Below, one piece after another: positions 19,008 through 27,172 of a stretch of DNA of 64,000 bases. The notes beneath the pieces were generated by a model. That model was not told the origin of the DNA. It saw only the letters and a list, made by a program, of their open reading frames with translations, and did no database searches. Position 1 is the first letter of the stretch; each line of letters opens with the position of its first letter. A program made the position numbers and the translations under genes. This DNA is from a virus: IMG/VR virus record IMGVR_UViG_3300012204_000007, positions 32,001 through 96,000 of that record. The stretch is one strand, 5' to 3'.

Positions 19008-19553
19008 TTACTTAATTCCCTTCTCACGTCGCCAGGTAATCCAGGTAATAGCCTGAATCTGGTTTACCGAGATACCGGCTTCGTTGGCAGCCACAGAATA
19101 CGCGGCAGCCATATCCCGATAGATGCGCTTACCAATCTTGCGTGTCTTATCGGTAAACACCTGGTTCATGGCGATATCGAATGCGTGACGGTCGATGGTG
19201 GCAATGTTTGCCTTACCATTGGTGGCAATTGCTGTTGCGAAGTTGCGTGTCTTATCCCCACGCATAACATCTAGCGGATGCTCACCGTCGAGAATGCGCT
19301 GCGCATATGCAGTATGAATACTGATATGTCCTGAGACAATGCCGGTATCGAATGCGTTACGCGCAAGTCTGACATTGAGATTCCATGTTTTGAGCGGAGA
19401 TAGCGCGGCAATAACACCGGCACCGCGCCACACATTATTAGGGGATAATTCGAGCGCGAGGTTATGAGCCTCGTTATACCAGACCATTCCGGCGGCATTG
19501 TCGTCAGCGGTGGCGCGCGCAAAGCACGCGGCGATATTCTCTGAATACGTCAT
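19008..19553 (-). CDS. Possible HhH-GPD / alpha-helical DNA-glycosylase-like protein
   Basis: G-x-K-T, TIDRHA and QAITW motifs; leaderless ATG at 19553 after TTGCGC-17-TACAAT. Confidence 0.55.
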   Translation of the reverse strand: MTYSENIAACFARATADDNAAGMVWYNEAHNLALELSPNNVWRGAGVIAALSPLKTWNLNVRLARNAFDTGIVSGHISIHTAYAQRILDGEHPLDVMRGDKTRNFATAIATNGKANIATIDRHAFDIAMNQVFTDKTRKIGKRIYRDMAAAYSVAANEAGISVNQIQAITWITWRREKGIK

Positions 19554-19716
19554 GGCACCATTGTACGCGCTAGGAGCAGACGGCGCAAGCCCCAGCGGAA
19601 ATGCCCAATAGGTAGTGATGGTGGGCAAAACCAAAATAGTATTGCGCTGGCGGCCGGTATGCCGTATTGTTGTCTTTGTCAGGGGGAACAGCCCCCAATC
19701 AGACTTAGGAGCAATC

Positions 19717-19914
19717 ATGGCTCGACGCAGGACTCGCACTGTCAGCATTCCGACCACGTTCGTTGGCACGTTCTATGACGTGCAGGCGGGTGTCTACGTT
19801 GCCACTCGCAGGGATGGCAGCCTCACCGTGGGCGCTATCAACAAGCGCGGCGTCAATGTGCAGGCTGCGGACTTGGTCATCGGTTCTGACCCGGCTGTCT
19901 ACACGGAGCACTGA
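19717..19914 (+). CDS. Hypothetical protein (inverted cassette)
   Basis: Promoter TTGCGC-17-TATTGT; RBS AGGAG. Confidence 0.6.
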   Translation: MARRRTRTVSIPTTFVGTFYDVQAGVYVATRRDGSLTVGAINKRGVNVQAADLVIGSDPAVYTEH

Positions 19915-19915
19915 C

Positions 19916-20062
19916 ATGGATGAGGTCGATGAGGTCATCCAGTCGTGGGCCATGGTAGCGGAAGTTATCTATGAGCGCAGGACGGCAGGTGACCACACTT
20001 GGTCAGGCTTCCTCAGTGAGTTTTTGACTGAGGTCGACAAGGCGCGCGAGAGCGTATCGTAA
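19916..20062 (+). CDS. Hypothetical protein (inverted cassette)
   Basis: Follows the previous stop; terminator ACCAAAACCCCAC/GTGGGGTTTTGGT directly after. Confidence 0.55.
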   Translation: MDEVDEVIQSWAMVAEVIYERRTAGDHTWSGFLSEFLTEVDKARESVS

Positions 20063-20172
20063 CCAAAACCCCACTGTAAAAGGTGGGGTTTTGGTATGTC
20101 TTTCGTAAATGCCCAGCACAAGATGTTGGGCAAAAGCGTTAGATATAAGAAAAGGGCCCGAAGGCCCTTGAC

Positions 20173-20373
20173 TTAGTCTTTATGGAGTCTGACTGTCACT
20201 GTCTGATGGAATGGAGGCTTATAGCGGTCGACGCTCCACCCAAAGAGAGAGTGCGGGTCCTCATTGACAGCGGCCATGGCGAAACCGACAATCATGTCCT
20301 CTGAAACGGCACCGATGTTTTCCACCATGACCTCGGTCACGGTCTTTCCACGGTCAATTGAACGAATGTTCAT
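20173..20373 (-). CDS. Hypothetical protein
   Basis: ATG at 20373; followed by the AAGGGCC-CGAA-GGCCCTT terminator. Confidence 0.6.
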   Translation of the reverse strand: MNIRSIDRGKTVTEVMVENIGAVSEDMIVGFAMAAVNEDPHSLFGWSVDRYKPPFHQTVTVRLHKD

Positions 20374-20374
20374 A

Positions 20375-20548
20375 TCAGAACTCCACTCGAATCTCAATGG
20401 TGCGATACCAAACGGTATCGTCCTTGGAAGCCATGATGCTGGCAACGGCGGCGATGCCCTCAGCCACGTTGTCACCTTGATAGAAAGGCATGTCCACTGG
20501 TTCCTGTGGGTTGGCGCTGGTGCTCTGGACCTTCTGAATAACTCTCAT
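20375..20548 (-). CDS. Hypothetical protein (57 aa, not in the ORF track)
   Basis: Leaderless ATG 6 nt after TTGACA-17-TAGTCT; translates MRVIQKVQSTSANPQEP...IRVEF. Confidence 0.6.
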   Translation of the reverse strand: MRVIQKVQSTSANPQEPVDMPFYQGDNVAEGIAAVASIMASKDDTVWYRTIEIRVEF

Positions 20549-20646
20549 GTCTAAAGACTACGCTCTCTAGGTGGCTGTGTCAAGTGGATATGGAAATGCC
20601 CAACACTTCGTCTGGTGGGCAAAACCGGGCCGGTAGGCCCGGTCTG

Positions 20647-20880
20647 CTAGTAGTCCACGTCCTCGAATTCGTATTCCTCATCAAACGAGGTAACGATTGT
20701 GATTGGGTCGAATGGTCCGACAGAGATGAAAGTGTGAACCGCATCTTCATCAACAATGTCGAGTTCGATAAAGTCTCCATCGTCATTGATGGAATAGATA
20801 TATCCAAGCAAGCATCCGTCATTATCGAGAAGGAAGTCATTGTTCTCGATAACGTACGCGAACACTACGTCAGTTTTCAT
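20647..20880 (-). CDS. Very acidic small protein
   Basis: D/E-rich with almost no basic residues; terminator follows. Confidence 0.6.
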   Translation of the reverse strand: MKTDVVFAYVIENNDFLLDNDGCLLGYIYSINDDGDFIELDIVDEDAVHTFISVGPFDPITIVTSFDEEYEFEDVDY

Positions 20881-21046
20881 TGGTATCCCTTACTCTCTTT
20901 GCAATGTCATGGAGCAACTTGCTAGCGTGCCGCTCGGCTGACCGAAACGAACGGAATGCTCTTGGCTTGCCATCCTTGGAAACACGAATGCCGGTATAGA
21001 GACTACGAATGTAGTATCGCCGACCGTACCTTTCTACTTCAAACAT
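20870..21046 (-). CDS. Basic small protein (58 aa, not in the ORF track)
   Basis: TAATG coupling to the upstream gene; translates MFEVERYGRRYYIRS... Confidence 0.5.
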   Translation of the reverse strand: MFEVERYGRRYYIRSLYTGIRVSKDGKPRAFRSFRSAERHASKLLHDIAKRVRDTNEN

Positions 21047-21294
21047 TAGGACACTTTGACCGTGTCTCCAACACGCACAATCTGACCGTAAAACTTACGG
21101 TTTTTGTACGGGTCGGGGCCGACGAAGTAGTGTGTTACGCCCTGAGGCATATCGACCACGCGACCGCTGTATTCGTTGCCAAAAACAGAAGTTGCTTCCA
21201 GCCTGACAAGAAAACCATTGCCCTCGGCAATAGTATCTTTGATTGCCTTTTTTGACTTGGGCCTTCCAGCGCCAATCCAGATACCTTGCGTCAT
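21046..21294 (-). CDS. Hypothetical protein
   Basis: RBS AGGAGG; promoter TTGCAT-18-TACCAT; VGPDPY..RK.Y motif. Confidence 0.7.
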   Translation of the reverse strand: MTQGIWIGAGRPKSKKAIKDTIAEGNGFLVRLEATSVFGNEYSGRVVDMPQGVTHYFVGPDPYKNRKFYGQIVRVGDTVKVS

Positions 21295-21543
21295 GATTCC
21301 TCCTAGAGTTTGGTCCACCAGAATGGTAGCACAGTGGCAAGCCACCATGCAACCACGAGCCAGGCGATTGTAAGAACAACCTTCCCGCGTGTGGTCATGA
21401 GTAAAGGCTAGCACGATTGCCCGAGATACGCAAGCGCAATCGTAATGGCAATATTCAGGGTGAAGGGCATTGTGGAAATGCCCACCACAGTGTTGGGCAA
21501 AACCAAAGGATACAAACAAACCCCGGTTTCCCGGGGCTGTTTG

Positions 21544-21771
21544 TCAGAAAGCGAACCCGAACTTGGTTCCGCTGTCGTTGCTGTCCGCCTCGACACCACT
21601 ATGCCACTCCCACCCGAGAACGGTAGCGAGCACACCAGCCGCGTGTCCGTGGTTCCATGCGGTTGACTTGGAAAGGTCGAGCGGCGTCGTACGCTGCACG
21701 CCGCCACCCTTCGCACGAATCTTTGGGGTGCCGTTCACGTTCACGTACTCAGTACGAATGATGTTGCTCAT
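21544..21771 (-). CDS. Hypothetical protein
   Basis: TAATG coupling; terminator follows. Confidence 0.65.
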   Translation of the reverse strand: MSNIIRTEYVNVNGTPKIRAKGGGVQRTTPLDLSKSTAWNHGHAAGVLATVLGWEWHSGVEADSNDSGTKFGFAF

Positions 21772-21956
21772 TAGTTCTCCTGAAAGCGTCGGTTGACATG
21801 CTTGGACTTACGGTTATACTTGGTACCCGAAGGTACCGGCGAAGTTGCGGAAGACTTACGCAATTCTATCATTGCGTCAATGTAATGGCGGTTGCCAGCC
21901 TTGCGTGACTGATTACGCCGATTCTTACCGCTCTGGCGATTGGTCCTGTTTGCCAT
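21771..21956 (-). CDS. Basic hypothetical protein
   Basis: TAATG coupling; R/K-rich. Confidence 0.6.
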   Translation of the reverse strand: MANRTNRQSGKNRRNQSRKAGNRHYIDAMIELRKSSATSPVPSGTKYNRKSKHVNRRFQEN

Positions 21957-22174
21957 TAGTCGACCGCCATTCCAATAATGCCCTCGCGCTTGAGAATACG
22001 AATCTCAGTCTCAGCGTCCTTACGTAGATTCAGAGTGGCCGCCTTAATGAAACGCTCGCGGTCAAACTGTTCATTGAATTCTCCGCACATGTCAGCAAAG
22101 TCACAGACAAGTGCGAGATTGGCGCGGTTGGCGTCGAGGGTGTGGGCGATGGCTTCAAAGTGCTTTCTGGTCAT
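21956..22174 (-). CDS. Hypothetical protein (MTRKHF...FDRERF type)
   Basis: Leaderless after TTGACT-17-TAGTCT. Confidence 0.7.
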   Translation of the reverse strand: MTRKHFEAIAHTLDANRANLALVCDFADMCGEFNEQFDRERFIKAATLNLRKDAETEIRILKREGIIGMAVD

Positions 22175-22305
22175 GGGTAAAGACTAGCCTATCGTAACAG
22201 ATGAGTCAAGTAGTGATGGGCAATGATTTGATAATGCCCACCATCAATCTTGTGGTGGGCAAAATGAGAGAATAAAAGAAAAGGGCCGGTAGGCCCTTGA
22301 CTTTC

Positions 22306-22626
22306 TCAGTATTCGCGGTCGCTCTGATAATACTGCTCTTCCCAGTAGTCACGCTCGCGCTGAGCCTCCATCATGTCGTACTCCCGTGCGGCCAGCGTCT
22401 CCCACTGCTGTTCGGTCTCGCGCTCTTCCCAGTCGAGCACGGTCTGTAGTTCGTCGCGGTCGTGTTGGGTGACGGACTCCATGTCAGACTCTGACACGTA
22501 CCGGCGAGATTCGGGGTCGGTCTGGTCGTGCTCCCACGTGGGGTGGTTGTCATCCCACTCTTCGGCGTGCGCCTGGCGCGCGGTGTTGGTACGGCTGTCG
22601 GGGTCAAAGGCTTCGATGTAGGTCAT
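22306..22626 (-). CDS. Acidic W/Y-rich hypothetical protein
   Basis: Leaderless ATG at 22626 after TTGACA-18-TACGAT; terminator follows. Confidence 0.7.
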   Translation of the reverse strand: MTYIEAFDPDSRTNTARQAHAEEWDDNHPTWEHDQTDPESRRYVSESDMESVTQHDRDELQTVLDWEERETEQQWETLAAREYDMMEAQRERDYWEEQYYQSDREY

Positions 22627-22807
22627 GTGACCATCGTACTTCACGATTCCCAGGGATGTCAAGGCCCTATCGTAATGGCGTGAAGTGGGGTGGCGGGTCT
22701 TTTGAAAATGCCCACCATCTGCATGTGTTGGGCAAAACCAAAACGCATTGAAAATACCCCGCTTGACATAGCCACTACTCCATGTCAAGCGGGGTAAGAT
22801 GGTGGGG

Positions 22808-23029
22808 TCAGACGTGCTTGAGTTCGCGCAGGGCCGCTTCGGCAATGTCGGTGCCGAACTTGTCCGCGAGGAAGATGCGCGAACCCATGAGGTCGCCCGT
22901 GCGGCGCAGGTCGCGGTACTTGCCTCGTCCGCTCGCGTACTCGACAGCGGTCAGGATGAGCGCGTTGCGCTTGGCAGCCTTGTCGGCGTGGTTGTGAAGG
23001 ACGGTGGCGGGAGTCGGGTTCTTGGTCAT
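22808..23029 (-). CDS. Hypothetical protein
   Basis: Leaderless after TTGACA-18-CATAAT; 15-bp stem terminator near 22755-22796. Confidence 0.7.
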   Translation of the reverse strand: MTKNPTPATVLHNHADKAAKRNALILTAVEYASGRGKYRDLRRTGDLMGSRIFLADKFGTDIAEAALRELKHV

Positions 23030-23209
23030 GTCTCTATTATGGGCCATGTGGGAGAGTGGTGTCAACAGATAATTTGAAAATGCCCAACAGGTGTTGGGCA
23101 AAACCCCGAGTTAGCGGGGTTTTGCGACAAAGGGCTTAGGCGATGGTAACCTAGGCACTGGCGGCGGGTATTGAATCTGCATAATTCCTCCTAATTCATG
23201 ATAACACAA

Positions 23210-23524
23210 TTACTTGCAAAGACCATGAACCGTGTAACCATAGTCCTGTGAGGTGGTTCCCTGCAATATGGCTTTATTGACAATGGCCATATTGCCGGTA
23301 TAGGTAACATCACCGTTCGGAAGGGTGACCACCGCGTGATGCGGGTAGCCATCCTTGGGCTGACAGCGCTCCATGAGCACAACGGGGCTTCCAGCAGGGT
23401 GGGGGCGCGTGTCAGCGGCAGGATTGGCCTGCGCCTGGAATGATGTGAAGGCAACATGAACCGCGAAGGCGAGAATCGCAAGAATCTTCACAATATGTGC
23501 GTCACGCTTGGTCGGCTTGTTCAT
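23210..23524 (-). CDS. Secreted or membrane-anchored small protein
   Basis: Signal-like N-terminus ending AQA; leaderless after TTGCGC-18-TAATCT. Confidence 0.65.
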   Translation of the reverse strand: MNKPTKRDAHIVKILAILAFAVHVAFTSFQAQANPAADTRPHPAGSPVVLMERCQPKDGYPHHAVVTLPNGDVTYTGNMAIVNKAILQGTTSQDYGYTVHGLCK

Positions 23525-23953
23525 ATCCCAAGATTAGCACATGTTATCGTAATCGCGCAATATAGGATACCGGGCATTCCCAAAATGCCCAACACTGCGT
23601 GTGTTGGGCAAAAAGATAATTTTCAAGCGGATTATTGACTTTATCGTAATCGTGTGATACCGGGTGCTGGGCATAGTTGGTTGCCGAAGGCAACCATTGC
23701 ATGTGCATAGGCATACTGCCGGTATGCCAGGGTGCCGCCGGTATGGTCACATACCCTCAGTACGTTGTCCCATGCATTGTTTGTCTCACAGTGTGGTCTT
23801 CCCCCAGTCCACAGAATGGACACTTTCAAACTACTTTCATGTGTTTCCGCAGGTCAGAGCGTTGCGCCCAAGTTTTTACCTTTCTGCTGGGCATATTCCC
23901 TATGCGTGTCCTACCTTGGTACTGCAACACAAACCACTACCTAGGAGCACACC

Positions 23954-24139
23954 ATGGCAAGCACAAGCGTCCCTCGGGCGGAGATTCAGCCGGGCATGAT
24001 TCTGCGCTCGACGCGGTGGAGTGAACTGCTCATCCTCAGCGCACCGAACAGTCGCGGCATGGTTCGTTGTGAAACGTACGATTCCACGGGCACGGCAATT
24101 GTCGTTGTCCTTCCCTACAAGGTCATTAGGTGGCTCTGA
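23954..24139 (+). CDS. Hypothetical protein
   Basis: RBS AGGAG; first gene of the divergent unit. Confidence 0.6.
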   Translation: MASTSVPRAEIQPGMILRSTRWSELLILSAPNSRGMVRCETYDSTGTAIVVVLPYKVIRWL

Positions 24140-24140
24140 C

Positions 24141-24653
24141 ATGTGTAACCAGACCCTCGCTCATGGTGTGACCACCGTGTGCAGCAAGGTCCGCCCGGAA
24201 TGCCACGCTCCCTCGGGCTACAGCGTCAAGGACTACAGCGCAAAGCAAGCACCCAATGGCATCGCACCCCGTGACCGTATGCGTGACGTCATCCTCGCAT
24301 TCTGGGAGTCGCAGGGGGTCGCACGTTGGGTGTCTGGCGGCAAGGGTGGGGGCGGCCGGTGGCAGGTGCGCGACATGGTGAACGGTGGCGCGGAATGGCT
24401 TCCTCTCGCTGACGGTACCGAATGGGGCAGTGGCCGTGCGCAGGTCGCAGAGTTCTCCCACATCGTGTCAACCAACAATCGTGGCGCATGGTGCGCTTGC
24501 AATCTGCTTCCTGAATCGGGAGCAACTAATGCGGCACGTGGGGAGATGAGCATTGTGACCCTCTCGCCCGGTGCACGTGCCTTGCTCGCGGCGTGGCCTG
24601 CCTACTGGACCAAACACTACGCGCGGAAGGCTTCACTCGCTCGGCTGTCCTGA
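24141..24653 (+). CDS. Hypothetical protein with degenerate HNH-like motif
   Basis: EFSHIV...RG...NL......N..RG pattern; ATG at 24141. Confidence 0.5.
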   Translation: MCNQTLAHGVTTVCSKVRPECHAPSGYSVKDYSAKQAPNGIAPRDRMRDVILAFWESQGVARWVSGGKGGGGRWQVRDMVNGGAEWLPLADGTEWGSGRAQVAEFSHIVSTNNRGAWCACNLLPESGATNAARGEMSIVTLSPGARALLAAWPAYWTKHYARKASLARLS

Positions 24654-24710
24654 CAACACTGCCCGGGGGAGCATCCGCTCCCCCGGGCCAACACTGAAAG
24701 AGAGACCATC

Positions 24711-24956
24711 ATGACTCGCTCTGCCACTCCCCCGGTCGCTGTTTGGTTCGGCGCTCCCGCCTTCCTTGACTATGACAGCCATGGTGACCTGACCCTCTGG
24801 TTGGGTGCGCCGAACAGTGCCTACCCGCGTGCGCTCATGTCACAGAACAAGTGCGACAGCACGGTGTGGGACATGCTCATGACCCTGTTCGATGCCGACG
24901 ACCTGGCCCACCTAGTCAAGCAGCGTGACGCATGGTCAAGCGTTAATGACTTCTAA
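24711..24956 (+). CDS. Hypothetical protein
   Basis: Followed by a terminator. Confidence 0.55.
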   Translation: MTRSATPPVAVWFGAPAFLDYDSHGDLTLWLGAPNSAYPRALMSQNKCDSTVWDMLMTLFDADDLAHLVKQRDAWSSVNDF

Positions 24957-24960
24957 TCCC

Positions 24961-25000
24961 ACAGGAAGCCCTCAGATTGGCTCTGAGGGCTTCCTGTTTT
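24961..25000 (+). terminator. Intrinsic terminator
   Basis: ACAGGAAGCCCTCAGA/TCTGAGGGCTTCCTGT stem followed by a T-run. Confidence 0.8.
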
Positions 25001-25331
25001 ATCTGTGGGTACCGACCCCATTGGGACCCCCCGCACGTCTCCTAGGGCCCATTCTGTGCGTCTGAGACGCCTTCCCACGTGCGCACTATCCTGTGCTGCG
25101 CATAGCGCTCTCGGGGTAGTATCATACAAGATAGATATTTTTTAACATTTACAAATATTGATATAATAGTCTAGTCTTTTTGTAGACTTTCAGCGGGACT
25201 CCATGTCCATCCCCACCGCTTGTTACACGGGGTATGATGTTTATGAATACCACACGGTGGAGAACCCACTGGGCAGTCCGGTGAATATTTCCAACAAACT
25301 TCTATAAGTTCATCGTTGTCATATATACACA

Positions 25332-25547
25332 TTACTCTTCTACCGGCCCCGGTATAAAAATATCTGGGTTGTTGTGACCCTTGTTCTCATGATGTTCATA
25401 TAGTTCGTTGGCGGTATCTTCATCAAGATGAGTTAGTATAGCCATACCAATGTCATACAGTCTCATTAGTAGTGCTATTTGAACAAGGTCTTGTTCTGAG
25501 GGCTCACTTACTAATACCGGCGGTAGTTCTTCGTTCCAGTCGTTCAC
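25332..25547 (-). CDS. Hypothetical protein
   Basis: Coupled last gene of the leftward operon. Confidence 0.6.
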   Translation of the reverse strand: MNDWNEELPPVLVSEPSEQDLVQIALLMRLYDIGMAILTHLDEDTANELYEHHENKGHNNPDIFIPGPVEE

Positions 25548-25747
25548 TCTTCATCGCTCCATTCAAATGTCATAGTACAATACATTGTAACATCTAAAGT
25601 AAATTGGTCTGTCCATGTTGTTTCTGAATCTACGTCAACCGTAGTTAGAACAGCATTTTCAGGTAGTTTTAGTGCATTGAGGGCAGCAATAATCTCTGCC
25701 TTACCGCCGCTGCCTACATTTACCTTAACGCTCTTGTGAACCCTCAC
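25544..25747 (-). CDS. Hypothetical protein
   Basis: GTGA coupling. Confidence 0.55.
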   Translation of the reverse strand: MRVHKSVKVNVGSGGKAEIIAALNALKLPENAVLTTVDVDSETTWTDQFTLDVTMYCTMTFEWSDEE

Positions 25748-26904
25748 AGTTCCTCTTTCTTGTAGTTAGAGATTTCCATGCGTGCTGCTTGAGCACTCTC
25801 TGGGTGAAGTTTCAAGATATTGACAAACTCCGCCATAGATGGGAACTTAGGTAGTTTTACTGCTACCGGCTCGTCATATACCCACAAGAACATCTCTTCT
25901 ATCTGAGAATCTATTGGCGGTAGAAGATGAATCTTCTTATCCATCCTACCGGCGCGGATAAGAGCATCGTCTAGGTTCTCAACATGATTTGTTGTCATAA
26001 ATGTCATGAGGCCGTTAGGAGTTGCTACGCCATCTAGAGCGTTGAGAAGGCCAGCCAATGTTGGGCCTGGTCCTAAGTCAGAATCTCTAGTCACACTACT
26101 AGAGAAGATATCAACATCTTCCAATAGTAGAATAGAGTTGTCTTCAATTGTATTGATAGCACTCACCAACATATTGTCATCCTTAAGTGCAGCCAGGGAG
26201 AGTGAGTATAGACTCATCTTGTACCTATGCGCAATAGCCGCCACGAGAGAGGACTTACCATTGCCAGGTGGACCATAGAACAGATAGCCTCTGTGCCACG
26301 GTGCACCGATTCTTTCGTACTTCTTCTCATTCTCAAAAAACCCGCTAATGTCATCTAGCAAAGAGTTTTTTACACCTTTCGGCAGAAAGATAGACTCAAT
26401 ATCGCGGTATGATAATGGAGACTGGCTCCAATAACTACTGGTATAGGTAAGGATATTTACCGTCTTGGTCTCCATCTTGCGCGCTTCTGTAAGTTCTTCG
26501 AACTTCTCAAGTAGCATTTCGATACCGGCGCGGGTACGACATTTGAAAATCATCTCACCCTTTGGCTTGTTACCATCGTACGAGTCAATGATAACATTGG
26601 TCTCAGGCATCGCTACAGAAATCTTATATTCGTAACCTCTATAGTTGACCTTAGAAGTACCATTTTGGTTGTAGACCTTGTGCAAGCCTATTGAGTTAGA
26701 CTCTACGCGAGTATGGTTCGTCTTGGTCTCATCGACCAACCAGCGCAGCAGTGCTGGATAGATATACGCAGAGCCATCTACGGTCATTGTATATTGAAAC
26801 CTCTCTTCGTATCTTGTTTTTAGGTCTCTAGAGAGAGACCACGCTGTGGTCGCCACACTGAGCGCAGTCGCGGCGGTAGCGAGTTTACTCTTCTTCTTCG
26901 TCAT
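25744..26904 (-). CDS. BCS1-like AAA+ ATPase
   Basis: RGYLFYGPPGNGKSS (Walker A), LLLEDVD (Walker B), LLNALDG, TTNH...LDDALIRAGRMD. Confidence 0.9.
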   Translation of the reverse strand: MTKKKSKLATAATALSVATTAWSLSRDLKTRYEERFQYTMTVDGSAYIYPALLRWLVDETKTNHTRVESNSIGLHKVYNQNGTSKVNYRGYEYKISVAMPETNVIIDSYDGNKPKGEMIFKCRTRAGIEMLLEKFEELTEARKMETKTVNILTYTSSYWSQSPLSYRDIESIFLPKGVKNSLLDDISGFFENEKKYERIGAPWHRGYLFYGPPGNGKSSLVAAIAHRYKMSLYSLSLAALKDDNMLVSAINTIEDNSILLLEDVDIFSSSVTRDSDLGPGPTLAGLLNALDGVATPNGLMTFMTTNHVENLDDALIRAGRMDKKIHLLPPIDSQIEEMFLWVYDEPVAVKLPKFPSMAEFVNILKLHPESAQAARMEISNYKKEEL

Positions 26905-27172
26905 CGCCTGTCTCTATCTCCCAAAAGTTTTCCATACGTAGCAAAGTGCCCCTGTCATCCATAGGGATAAGGTCCAACTTAATGGATGCATTTTCTCTTG
27001 TATAGTATGGTCTCGTTAGTACGTCCATCATGTCATAATCATAATCTTGACCCAACTCAATCTCTATAATGCCTGTGCGACCACATATTACTCGCTCTCT
27101 CTTGTCGTCATCAATCTCGACAAGAAAGACCTTGTATTGCTTGGTCTTAATATGCTGCAATCCATTATTCAC
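26885..27172 (-). CDS. Hypothetical protein
   Basis: GTG start with a GGAG RBS, overlapping the thyX end. Confidence 0.5.
   Translation of the reverse strand: MNNGLQHIKTKQYKVFLVEIDDDKRERVICGRTGIIEIELGQDYDYDMMDVLTRPYYTRENASIKLDLIPMDDRGTLLRMENFWEIETGDDEEEE

Larger units (their letters stand above)
15593..23610. repeat. Dispersed array of 12 palindromic elements TGCCCANCA-N2-9-TGNTGGGCA, usually flanked by AAA and AAA
   Basis: Copies at 15593-15618, 16493-16518 (flanks reversed), 18319-18339, 18897-18923, 19602-19627, 20110-20132, 20597-20621, 21479-21499, 22235-22261, 22709-22734, 23081-23100 and 23586-23610; all intergenic. Confidence 0.95.

Noticed and set aside
19554-19769. 5' extension of ORF 19008..19769 (similarly 22306..22845, 21046..21519, 33285..35018)
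   Set aside because: The extensions cross promoters, palindromes or terminators; downstream starts have better support.
22755-22796. Hairpin with TTGACA in both arms as a bidirectional promoter
   Set aside because: No properly spaced -10 box; better explained as a terminator.
15593-23610. Repeats interpreted as a CRISPR array
   Set aside because: The intervals are hundreds of bp, irregular and gene-filled; the repeat centre varies in length; no cas genes are present.
15593-23610. Repeats interpreted as bona fide attC sites or as simple terminators
   Set aside because: They are too short for attC and no IntI is seen. Separate terminators already lie beside most copies, and sequence rather than pairing is conserved. 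A back-up terminator role is not excluded, since TTT follows on the minus strand.
25203-25307. 34-codon ORF after a TGATATAAT box
   Set aside because: Weak RBS and no recognisable motif; cannot be supported.
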